Origin: Octopus bimaculoides
Taxonomy: Eukaryota
NCBI RefSeq assembly: GCF_001194135.2
Contig: NC_068984.1
Coordinates: 20,735,310-20,790,184, forward strand
Direction: 5' to 3'
DNA length: 54,875 nt
Shown: in pieces, positions 40,077 through 50,974 of the stretch
Position numbering within the stretch: the first letter of the stretch is position 1
How the letters are laid out: each line of letters opens with the position of its first letter
Program-made: the position numbers and the translations under genes
Notes under the pieces: model-generated
What the model was told of the DNA's origin: nothing
The model's input: only the letters and a program-made list of their open reading frames with translations
Databases searched by the model: none

Positions 40077-40390
40077 GGGTACAGAAGTTTCAAGGTATCC
40101 TCTTTTCCGAAGTAGATCAACTCAAATTTGTCCTCATTTAGCAACATGTTCTTTTCCACCCTTTGGTTGACAGCCAGCAGATCTGACTGAAAGCATGCCT
40201 GGTCACCCACTTCATTGATGACCTTCTGGATCTTGGAATCATCTACAAAGATTCTAATGTTACTGTGCTTCATGATGTCAGTAATGGCATTGATGTAAAT
40301 GATGAAAAGAAGTAGGCCCAACACAGTGCCTTGTGGAACACCACTACTGACTTTGGCTGGGCTTGATTTTACTCCTTCGACTACATGTTG
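40077..40390 (-). pseudogene. CR1/L2-clade RT fragment
   Basis: SGVPQGTVLGLLLFIIYIN...NIRIFVDDSKI...FQSDL...LNEDKF, matching the QGSVLGP and FADD motifs. Confidence 0.9.
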
Positions 40391-40530
40391 GGTTCTGCCT
40401 AAACACACACACAAACAGACACCCCCACACACATACATATATATATGTATATGTATGGGGTCTGTCTCTGCTTTAATGTGTTTTGGTGTAATGCATATAT
40501 ATATGTACATATATGTATGTACAATATATA

Positions 40531-40583
<53 letters not shown>

Positions 40584-40585
<2 letters not shown>

Positions 40586-41292
40586 TGACTCTCCCAAGAA
40601 AATAACATTCTTCCACTGCTCTAGGGACCAATTCTGTAGGGTTTTNNNNNNNNNNAGAAAATAACATTCTTCCACTGCTCTAGGGACCAATTCTGTAGGG
40701 TTTTACTCTACTATAAACGCTTTGCAATGTTTGTTTTTGAAAGTAGTGGTTTTCTGATTGCAGCCCTCCTGTGAAATCTGTCTTTGTGCAGCTCTCGGCG
40801 AACAGTTTTTGTGCAAACTGAGTTCTCAAGATGGTCATTGAGCTTTGTAGTAATTTTGGGAGCTGTACTTTTGCGATCCTTTCTAACAATTCGCGTAAGA
40901 GTCCGATGGTCCCTATCTGAAAGTTTTGGTTTTCTTCTGGAGTTTTGTTTCGACGAGGAGGCTTTTCCCCTTTCTCAAAGGATGTCATTACTTTCGAGAC
41001 AGTACTTCTTGATACACCAAACATTTCGGCCGTTTTCGTTACGCTAGCGCCTGCCATACGAGCACCAACAATTTGACCTCTTCGAAAGTCAGATAGATCT
41101 GTCATTTTAATGAATTTTAATTACCTTTTTCTGTTGATATCTGAAAAGAAACAGCAATTTTAGCAAAACATTAAGCAACACTAATAATAAATCAAAAAAC
41201 ATAAAAATAAACAAGCTGTTGACGGTTTTATAGAAATTTCAAAATTATTATGCTATAATGTTAGGTGTTTCCATTATTTTGTCCAATCTCTG
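40584..41292 (-). mobile_element. Tc1-like transposon 5' half (TIR, HTH, up to first catalytic D), truncated at (CA)n
   Basis: ATG at 41105 gives MTDLSDFRRGQIVGARMAGASVTKTAEMFGVSRSTVSKV. After a frameshift: RRAAIRKPLLS...NWSLEQWKNVIF. TIR cagagattggacaaaataatggaaacacc follows TA at 41293-41294. Confidence 0.92.
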
Positions 41293-41739
41293 TATGTACA
41301 AACTTTAATTTACCTTTGCTTACATTCATTTTTCTCTTAGAGGCATCCATATTAACCTAATAATGTCACTGATACACAATTTGGGCTATCAGCAAGCTGC
41401 TTGTTTGACGTTTCTGTACGACTCCACCGCGGCTGTTTATCTATTACGGAAATTTCATTCCATAGTGGTATATGATTCCTTCTATCTCATCATAGTTGTT
41501 CAGCCATTCCTGTTTTAGATGTTTCTCTCCTCATTATGCTTATCTATTCTGACCTTTAGGAATCTTCCAGCTCTTCCTTTATAAGCCCTTCCGCAAACAC
41601 ATAGAATGTTATTGATGCAGTTAGGTTTTAACCATTCAGGGTAGGTTCATACTTGGAAAGGAACTGCGACGTGTCGTGTTATTTTTGAACACGGGCGATC
41701 ACTTTTGATAAGGTAGACAATGGAATTTAATCTTCCCTT

Positions 41740-42349
41740 GGATCTTTTTTAAAACGGGGGCCACATTTTTCATTAACGAAACACTTTGAAACTTGGAACA
41801 CTGGTAGAATGTGTGATATAAGACATCTTTTTCTCTTAGTCTTCTTAAAAAAAAAAGAAATCCATAAATTATTCCATGTTAAAGTTGTCGTATTTCTGTA
41901 ATTTCAACAAATCACTGACGTCCATTCAGCCGATATACATTAAGTGCCGACTACATAAACAAACGATTCTGAAACAATTAACCCTAACCCTAACCCTAAC
42001 TCTAACCCTAACCCTAACCCTAGGGTTAGGGTTAGGGTTAGGGTTAGGGTTAGGGTTAAAGCAAATTTAAAATGAAAAAAGCAAATAAAACGAAGGTATG
42101 GAGATTAAATACGCTTTACATTGCTTAGTGAGCCAAAGGAGTAAATGTAAACAACTGAATACTTGTCAGTGATTGGTTGAAATTATCGAAATAAGACAAT
42201 TTTTTACATGAAGTAAATTCGAATACAAAAATATTTTTCTGTTCTATAACACAAAATAGATAAGTATACGAAGTTTGAAAGTCTTTCGCTACCAAAAACA
42301 CTACGTAAAACATTAATGAAAAATGTGGCCCCCGTTTTAAAAAAGATCC
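41740..42349. mobile_element. MITE, 610 bp, 37-bp perfect TIR, 8-bp TSD (Merlin-like), with telomeric palindrome core
   Basis: TIR ggatcttttttaaaacgggggccacatttttcattaa at 41740-41776 and its reverse complement at 42313-42349. TSD cttccctt at 41732-41739 and 42350-42357. Confidence 0.92.
41979..42058. repeat. Telomeric-type palindrome (TAACCC)7-TA-(GGGTTA)6
   Basis: Directly visible, with one variant unit (TAACTC). Symmetry axis at 42021/42022. Confidence 0.97.
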
Positions 42350-43299
42350 CTTCCCTTTGTTCCAGAGAGTGACTGTGGATCTTACATGATGAACTATGTA
42401 TGTGTTATTGAGGAATGTTTTTTTCAGAATGTGCCAACTAATTTCTCGTGTATAAGCCGATCACTCGCCCTACTGGTTTTGCTTGATGTAATCACTCAAC
42501 AAGCGCTTAACGATAACAGTGGGAGAACCTATAGTTTAATAAGGGTTCAATGGCAGAAGGTTTTCGAATCAATGACGCTCTGATTCCTGATTCTGTTTTT
42601 TAGCCTACACATCAATAAACAATAGTTACAGGTTCTTTTCTTTTTCAGTATAAACTAGATAGATATACATAATGAGTTCAGATGTTCCACAAAAACTTGC
42701 GCGTCGACATGGGGTATCATTCAATCTATTTTAATCGAGGTACGAGTTTCAGTGTTCTAATTTCCAGGGTTAAGTCTTCGGAAATGCTCCTTGTAGATGT
42801 TTTGCTGTTACTGGAGATAATGATGAACCGATAGCCATTCCTTTCATTTGTTGATAAATTTTATTATTGATTTGAAAACTAACCTTTTTATATGCACATT
42901 GTTAACATCGCGATGATAACCCAATGCAAATATTTAGGTATTTAACCTCATTCCAAGATTCTTTTCTCACTTGTTGTTTAGCTTAACCATCCTCACTTGT
43001 TTTCAAGCGTAGGGTGTCTAGAACTACATTATTCCTGAGGATTGCAGCAAAACGAGTATCCATGTCTCTGTCGGGTCGGTCCATTTCATTATGTGTTTAT
43101 ATTATTCCCTCCGTCCTTCATTTTAACAACTTAATGCTGACTTGATGCTTAATTCTCTTTCTTTCTTCGTTATAAGAACTTATTTTCTATAGTCGCTAAG
43201 TATTACTCATTTCACACCACCGCACACCTCTTTTCCTCTCCCTTCATCCCTTTTCCTTACTCAGCCTGTTATTACGTAAAACATTGACACTTTTAGTGA

Positions 43300-43600
43300 T
43301 ATCTTTTACTTGTTTCAGCGATTGGACTGCAGCCAAATTGGGCCACCGTTTCAAGAGATTAATCGAACAAATCGACCCGGTACTTATTTCTCTTTTGCCG
43401 AAATGACTAAGTTACGGGAAAGTGACCAAACCAACACCGCTTGTCAAGTGATGGTGATGGGAATATACACAAAAACTAAGACACATGCTCAAAGACATAT
43501 GCACACACACACACGCGCGCGCGCATATATATATTTATATATATATACACGATGGGCTTCCACATAGTTTCCGTGTAACAGATTCATTCACAAGGCATTT
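43300..43600 (-). mobile_element. SINE family B, degraded
   Basis: tttacttgtttcag...aatcgacccggtacttatt...accgcttgtcaagtgatgg...acgatgggcttcc...tttccgt. Confidence 0.8.
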
Positions 43601-43612
43601 TAGTTGTTTTAG

Positions 43613-44100
43613 TTGTTCGCCGGTTTGCTGCCGTATAGCGCTTTGGGGACGACTCCCTCATTGCACTGGGTATTAAAACACTTGAAAGTGACAGGCAGGC
43701 GAGACAGCTCACCTCTAGTCCCATCTAAGAGCGATGCATATCGATATTTTACCATTTTTGTGGCTTATCAACATCACGTATCTGAATTGAACCAGGGGTG
43801 AACTGAATCGCCAGTTTTTGATTACATATAAATAGTGAAAGAACAATTTGTCGGTATGCCACGACGATGTAGAGGTAAGATTAAATTCAATTAGGAATTT
43901 AAAGCAGTGCTAGTGTTGTAAACTTTATCGACCGCACATGCTCAAATGTATGTGTTTTGCTTGGTTGCCGCTTCGCTGCTGTATAACGCTGCTGTATAAC
44001 GACTCGCTCATAGCACTGGGTGTTAAGACACCTAAAAGTTATAGACAGGTGAGACAACCTGCCTTTAGTCCCATCCAGGTGTGATGGATATCGATATTTA
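43613..44100. repeat. Diverged ~137-bp direct repeat pair (43613-43750 and 43961-44100)
   Basis: Shared gctg.cgtata..gc...gcactgggt.ttaa.acac...gagaca.c...tagtcccatc....gatg.atatcgatattt. Confidence 0.8.
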
Positions 44101-44411
44101 AACCGGACGGCAGATTAAATCTACTACCCCAGGAGGCCATGGCAGGGTTTACTCACAATTCTTAGAGCTGAAAAATATACTGCAATGCATCATGTCCGAC
44201 GTTCTTACGAATCCATCGCTCTGGATTATTGCTCCTTTATTGACCCCGAAAGGATGAGAGGCAGCGTTGAATCGAAACAAATATTGCAAAGCATTCTATC
44301 TGACTCTTTCGACTCTGCTGATTGTTAATTAGTTTGGAATATGTAACTTTTACTAAAAGAAAGCGATTATTATAAATTCTGCACTGTCTAGAAAATCATT
44401 TAAAATCCCAA

Positions 44412-44449
<38 letters not shown>

Positions 44450-44689
44450 GTTTTTCAAGTCTTATTATCGAAGATTTCAGCTTCAGGATTCAATCACAAA
44501 ACTAATTTTTATTCACTGCGACATAGTTGTCTTACAGTGCGATATAGTTTTTTAAAACATTTTTGTTTATACTTTGACATAACTATAAAAGAGTGCCCTT
44601 CTGTTTTTTTTACTTCATAATTTTCTGAAAAATGGATATTTTGTATGAAATTTTCTACAGATACGTTTCAAATGCGGTTTGTTTTCATA

Positions 44690-45230
44690 CCTGTGAATTT
44701 TCAATGCAGTTCAATTATCGATTAAACCATTTCAGTTAATTCATTTGTTGTTCTACCTATGATTTCTCAATATAGTTCAATGATCAATTAAGCTATTTAA
44801 GTTCACTGATTTGTGGTCACCTGTGATTTCTAAATACATTTCAATTATCGATTAAACTATTTAAGTTCACTAATTTGTTGTCGAACTTATGATTTCTTCA
44901 TACAGTTCAATTATCGATTAAACCATTTCAGTTCATTCATTTGATGTAGTACCTGTGATTTCTCAACACAATTCACTTATCGATTAAACGATTTCAGTTC
45001 ACTGATTTGTAGTCATCTGTGATTTCTAAATACAGTTCAATTATCGATAACGCCATTTCAGTTTATTTATTTCTTGTCATACCTAGGATTTCTCAATGCA
45101 ATTCAGTTATCGATTAAACCATTTCAGTTCATTTATTTGTTGTCGCACTTGCGATTTCTCATAGTTCAAAAATCGATTAAATCATTTCAGTTCTCTTACA
45201 TTTTGTCGTACCTGTGATTTCTCAATGTAG
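44690..45230. repeat. Minisatellite, ~8.3 units of 63-66 bp with 196-bp higher-order period
   Basis: Unit starts at 44690, 44756, 44820, 44886, 44952, 45016, 45082, 45148 and 45211. Consensus approximately cctgtgatttctcaatacagttcaattatcgattaaaccatttcagttcattcatttgttgtcgta. Confidence 0.92.
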
Positions 45231-45583
45231 CCTAAAGAAAGCTGGACTCGATCACTCAACATGAAAACAGAGTCCTAGATCATCCAACGACGCATTAAGA
45301 AGCAAGGCTGTTCTTGTTGCTTATGATTAAAGTTCAATCCTGAGCAAGCACACTTATAATCAAAAGTTTCAAGCTACAATCATCTCTTCATATATTGCAG
45401 ACATAAAGTAACCAGCACATCCTTTCTTTTGATCCGCTAAGGTGTGTTATAAAGTTTATTTACCTGGTATTAGTAGTTTGAGTAGAAGTTCCCTCATGAC
45501 TAAGGTAGTTTTCTTTCAGCAATGTTCACCGAGAAGGTTAAATACCGGAATGTATTATTTGCTTGATACATACAGAGAAATAA

Positions 45584-45800
45584 GGAGGCGAGCTGGCAGA
45601 AGCGTCAGTACGCCTGGCAAAATGCTTAGCGGCATTTCGTCCGTCTTTACGTTCTGAGCTCAAATTCCACCGAGGTTGACAATTTCCTTTCATCCTTTCG
45701 GGGTCGATAAAACAAGTACCAGTTGAACACTGGGGTCGATGTAATCGACTTAATCCCTCCTCCAAAATTGCCGGCCTTGTGCCTCAATTTGAAACCAATA
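45584..45800 (+). mobile_element. SINE family A, full-length, well preserved
   Basis: ggaggcgagctggcagaagcgtcag...ctgagctcaaattccaccgaggttgac...tttcatcctttcggggtcgataaaacaagtaccag...ggccttgtgcctcaatttgaaaccaata. Confidence 0.92.
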
Positions 45801-47159
45801 CGTAAAGAGAAATCTTCATCGAAGAGCAGCGACGACGAAATTTGATTTAATTCTGCAAACTCAAATCAGCGTTTGTTATATATTTACCACTTCTTTTAAT
45901 TAGTAAGAACGTTTCATTTAATTTTGGGTAAAATGTAAATTAATTCACAAGAATATATTACTGTTATTTAATATATCGACTGCCCGATACGCACAGAACG
46001 AAGTCAACTCTCAATCAAATCCTGTTTGGCATATAGTGCAGCGCTCTAACGTTTTTGAAAAATCGTTGCCATTTTATTTGTTTCTATTGTTTGTGTTCCT
46101 CATTAGTTTTTTCTGTTTTTATTGTTTTTGTTTCGTCAGTTGTCGTCATTGTCCAATGACAATTTAAATTTCTCAAGAAACAGCTGACATGTGGTTTGGA
46201 AGTGGTTACTAGGCTTTGGTTGTTAAGCAAAAGGAAACAGGAAATTGAACAAATTTTTGCATGTCTTCTAGTTGGATGGAAGACTTTTAACTTCAGCAAA
46301 TCTATCAAATAGGAAACGCATTCGTAAAATAAAAAAAAAAAGAATTAAAAAAAAACAATCATTAAAAAACAACATCGCAACAAATGCTTTAGTTTCCTCA
46401 GATATTGCAAGGAGCATATACTAACAAGTGAAATTGCTTGTATGTGTTCACATTTTTTTTCCTCTTCACCTTGCCTACGCACATATATGCAAATATATTT
46501 GCATATCTAAACAACGCTAGTCTATTAATATATATGTGTGCGTGTGTGTGGAAGCGAAACCCGTGTTATAAAAAGTGACGACAGATTTATTCATTATAGG
46601 GAATGATTTCATGAGGACAAACTACGTTTCTTTTTGACGTAATATTTACCACACGCAAACACATTATATTACGTGGTTTGGTTTCGAAAAACAAAGGAAA
46701 GAAAAAGTATTAAACAAAAGATCAAAATACGAACAGTGTTCATGTAATATGCATAGGCATATGCATCGACATATATTCATGTATGTGTGTGTATGAGTGA
46801 TAAGACCCTTCTCCGGATGGGCTGGCCGAGTCGATGCCTCTCCAGGTCTGGCCATAGTAAATTTTGGGGGGAGGAGAAAGAGGCAGAGACAGAGAAAAGA
46901 ATTGACCCCAGTACTGCACAGGTACTTTATTTATCCCCCACTTAATAAAAGAATGAAAGAAAGATGTATACTTGGTGGGCGGTGAGGTGAAAGAGATACC
47001 CCGACGAGCTAACGACCCAGTCAGTTGACTTTACGTACAAACATGCATGCATACATAGACACATGCATACATACAAACATACATACACACGCACACACAC
47101 ACATGTATATATAAATGTGTGTATACGTGCATATATATACTACACCCACTTAACCTCGT

Positions 47160-47354
47160 GGGCATCGGTGCCGATTTTCTCTTCCTCCGTTTTTCCATTC
47201 TTTGAACTTTCCGTCTTTCCGACGAAGGGCTCCGCCCGAAACGTCATACTCTCTCTCTTTCCTTTCCCGAGCGTCCAATAACACTATCCGTATCACGTCC
47301 TCACTTTGTTATTTTTTTGTTATTGTTTTTTTTTGTGTTTTTTTAACTATATAT
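47160..47354 (+). mobile_element. Short Penelope-related element with minimal type I hammerhead-like motif (47219-47245), ending in (TA)n
   Basis: CCGACGA-A-GGGCtccGCCC-GAAAC-GTC, followed by cctttcccgagcgtccaataacactatcc...cacgtcctcactttg...aactatatat. Confidence 0.7.
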
Positions 47355-47564
47355 NNNNNNNNNNNNNNNNNNNNNNNNNNNNNNNNNNNNNNNNNNNNNN
47401 NNNNNNNNNNNNNNNNNNNNNNNNNNNNNNNNNNNNNNNNNNNNNNNNNNNNNNNNNNNNNNNNNNNNNNNNNNNNNNNNNNNNNNNNNNNNNNNNNNNN
47501 NNNNNNNNNNNNNNNNNNNNNNNNNNNNNNNNNNNNNNNNNNNNNNNNNNNNNNNNNNNNNNNN

Positions 47565-47601
<37 letters not shown>

Positions 47602-48885
47602 AAGAGAGAGCGAGAGACAGACAGGCAGATAATGATGCAAATAAACAAATAAAACCGTTTGGGCTAAATATACAAGATATATATATATACATGTAGATAG
47701 AGAGAAAACAAAGACTGAAAATATTCAGACGATGAATATTCATATATAAATATATGGATATTTATATATTAACAAAGCAAACTTAACACAGAGTACAAAG
47801 ACACAGAAAATTAAGGGCAGAAGGTATAGCGTTGCAGGTCTAAATACTTTTAGTCTTTGATTTCTCTCTACATATATGTGCATTTATATTTTGCATATCT
47901 AGCCAAAGCGGCTTTATTTGCTTATTTGCATCATTAATTCCATATCTGCGCACCTGGTTTCCTCTTATAACCACTATTTATCTCGCGAACTAAATCTCCA
48001 GTAAAGATTTCGGAGTATAAGTCAAAATGATTTGAACGCTATTGTTTTCTATATTAAGCATTTCTGGATTTCATGTGTTGACTCTCTCTCTCTCCCTCTC
48101 TCTCCCTCTCTCTCTCCCCCTCTCTCTCTCTCTCTTCCTCTTCCTCTCTCCCTCTTCCTCTCTCTCTTCCTCTCTCTCTCTTCCTCTCTCCCTTCCTCTC
48201 TCTCTCTCTTCCTCTCTCTCTTCCTCTCTCTCTTCCTCTCTCTCTCTTCCTCTCTCTCTTCCTCTCGCTCTTCCTCTCTCTCTCTGTATATATATATATA
48301 TATATATATATGCACGCATGCACACGCACACGCACACACAACCGCGTGCACGCACACACACATGCACATACGCACACACACAAATTCACACTCACACACA
48401 CAAACACGCTCGCGCGCGTGTATACATATAAGGAAATCTTGCGCATAAAACAATGAAATAAATTAACAATAGGTACCTGAATAAATTAGTAGGCAAAGCC
48501 ATAGAACAATAAAGGAACAAAAGTTTTGTCTCACACGAACATGACAATGTGATGTATCGCTCCCTAAAAATACATAAATATGTACTGCCGGCAATATTAC
48601 GTCGACTACCACAGCTCTTGGTAATCAATACTGTATCATTCTCGGTAGTCCAGTATGAATATTAAAGATTACCAATGAGAATTACGAAACCACTGAAGAT
48701 TTGACAATGCAATCTGCTCATAAGGTTTCTTTACATGACAGGTATCTTTCATTGTTCATGAAACGTGCGTAAGAGGACAGAACTATTTTATACAGAAACT
48801 CTCCTATTTCGCTTTCTCTGAGTACTCTGCGTCTTCTCCAATTCTATAGCTCTATCAAATGAAATTCGAACTATAAAACGATACT

Positions 48886-48917
<32 letters not shown>

Positions 48918-49231
48918 CACGTATCTGTATATGTTGTGTATAGATGGATGGGGGTACATATGTGTGTATATGAACGTGCATGTGTGCGCGTATGTTTTAA
49001 TATAATACATAGGCCTTCTAAAGTCGCTACTCTGAATTTCACCAAGTAGGTACATAATATTTCCAAGTGTTATCTGACAAACGAACTGATTAACAGGCAA
49101 AAGAAGTACATCCACATGCAGCCTAATATGGTGCTTCTGTACTGAGTTTTTTTCAACCCATATTGCAATATGTACAGATAAATAAATATGCAAATTTGTG
49201 TACACACGTGCTCGTATTCTAATATGTAAAG

Positions 49232-49744
49232 CAGCTGACCCCAACCTTTTTTTTTTTTTGCACTACGGACCGGTTTCATCTAAGACAATTTTTCCATGGA
49301 CCAGGAGATCATGCGCATAACAGAACGCAATAAAGTATAAAGTGCATAAAAGTGCATATAAAATGCATAATATATAATTTAATTATTACATGTATGTGAA
49401 TGTACTTGTTACATTGTATATTATGCTCTTTATTTCTACTATTATAACTATTATTACATTTATTTTTGGAATGTAAAAAAGAAACAAATTAATAAATAAA
49501 CAAACAAGGGATTTACCGCTCTTAATAATGCCACAGTTAGTTTGTGGGTTTGATTTGTCAGTACGTGAGAAAACTGACATAGATAAGTGCGAAAAAGAGG
49601 CACAGACAGAAGTGGTAAGTTATCAAAATAAAACACCCTGTAAACTGCGAGAGTCAATGAAATATAGCAATAAAATTTTAAAAAGTTATTTTTCTATGCA
49701 GCTCAGTACCAAATGATCCACAGCCCGGTGGTTGGGGACCCCGT
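49232..49744. mobile_element. hAT-type (Charlie-like) non-autonomous element
   Basis: Ends cagctgaccccaaccttttt...acggaccgg and gcccggtggttggggaccccgt. 8-bp TSD with 7/8 match: atgtaaag (49224-49231) and gtgtaaag (49745-49752). Confidence 0.75.
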
Positions 49745-50974
49745 GTGTAAAGGACAATGCAAAGTGAGAGGTGAGTGCGAAAGTTAAAAAGGTGGTAAAG
49801 AGGCAGGATGTTACAGTAACGCAGCTGTAGGTGGGGTGGTGGACAAGTGACGCTTTTACAGGAGGCTGGCACTTTTAGGTCTGCTGTGTTAGCTTATATA
49901 GGCTAGGAGTTCCGAGGTGTGGATGGGGGTGGCGCAATCTCAAGAATTGCCTTGAAAGGCACACCTCTAGTTACGTTACCGGTAGTGCGCGCGCGTGTTT
50001 GTGTATGTGTGTCAACGTATTTGTGTGTGTATGCATGTATATAACATCTAGTGTATGAATGCATATTTTTTTTTTCATTTTGCCTTCTTTATTTTACATG
50101 GCCAGAACCCACTGTGCAGAAAGATAGAAGTGATAATCATTCCACCTGTGGCCAGAACATAAAAAATACTTGGAAAATCTTAGGAATGTGACAGAGAGAA
50201 ATATATACGCACAGCATTCAATCAAATTTCATCAGTTGACAGTAACAACCAGTGGTGTAAATGATATTACTGGCACGTCTTAGTTTTTGACGTCATTTAT
50301 TTTATGCTTTGGGTTGCATTCAGAATAAGTTTTAGTGTATTGTGTCTGATGTTTGTCTCTCCTTAACTTTCCTACCATTTAAAAAGAAAAAAAATATATT
50401 GATGTAGGTATATTTGTTAGTCTATCCTTGATTTAATTCAATATTTCTGTTTATAAGTTAACGAAAATTCGTTTTGGTTATATAAGATTTCTAATCTTCA
50501 GAATGCTATTGATGTTTGTGTAAACCTACTTTGATATTAGCGCTACTCTTGTACTTGTGTACCCGTCTGAGACATGTTTCTCTGTTGACTGTCATTTCCC
50601 ATAAACTCGCGCGCACACACACAACACACACACACAACACACACACACATAACACACGGACAAGCCTGTTTCACATTAGTTCTCATTTGTGTTATCAGTC
50701 CTTTCGCAGAGAAGATTCGTGGAAAAACTACAAAAATTACTGAGAAGATAATAAGTCAGTATTTAGTGTACGAAGATTGTACTAGTGGGGAGTGGTTGCT
50801 TAACTTGCAGAATAATAAACTTTGAACGTGGAGGAAACAAGATAATTAGAGAAAAGACTTGTATCTGAGCAAATTTGTAAGAATGTTTCCCAGAATTGTG
50901 TTGTGTAAGACCTTATTAAAAATATTTAAAATATTAAAAATAAAACCTATGGGTTTTATTTTTAATATTTTAGA

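Larger units (their letters stand above)
41330..43130 (-). pseudogene. Penelope-like element remnant (RT plus GIY-YIG endonuclease), split by a MITE
   Basis: Minus strand gives FQINNKIYQQMKGMAIGSSLSPV (42808-42880; PLE RT G.AMGSPLSP motif), NILCVCGRAYKG...LKVRIDKH (41550-41625; GIY-YIG), and KTGMAE...HIPLWNEISVID. Confidence 0.85.

Noticed and set aside
40597-40704. 49-bp direct duplication in the Tc1 remnant
   Set aside because: The two copies flank a 10-N gap, so this is almost certainly an unmerged contig overlap.
41979-42058. Telomere-telomere fusion scar
   Set aside because: The orientation is (CCCTAA)n then (TTAGGG)n, opposite to an end-to-end fusion, and it lies inside a TIR/TSD-bounded element.
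44690-45230. Regularly spaced conserved core suggesting a CRISPR array
   Set aside because: The intervening sequences are homologous to each other rather than unique spacers, there are no cas genes, and the context is eukaryotic.
45584-45660. tRNA genes at SINE heads
   Set aside because: A/B-box-like motifs are present but no complete cloverleaf, and each continues into SINE body sequence.
45815-45845. TCGAAGAG...CGAAAT hammerhead-like string (and a similar weak one at ~25170-25195)
   Set aside because: Core and stems are too degenerate and no family flanks were recognised.
48032-48453. Long RE-rich, LS-rich, CV/HT/YI-repeat ORFs (here and throughout the ORF track)
   Set aside because: They are translations of (GA)n, (CA)n and (TA)n microsatellites or of N-runs.
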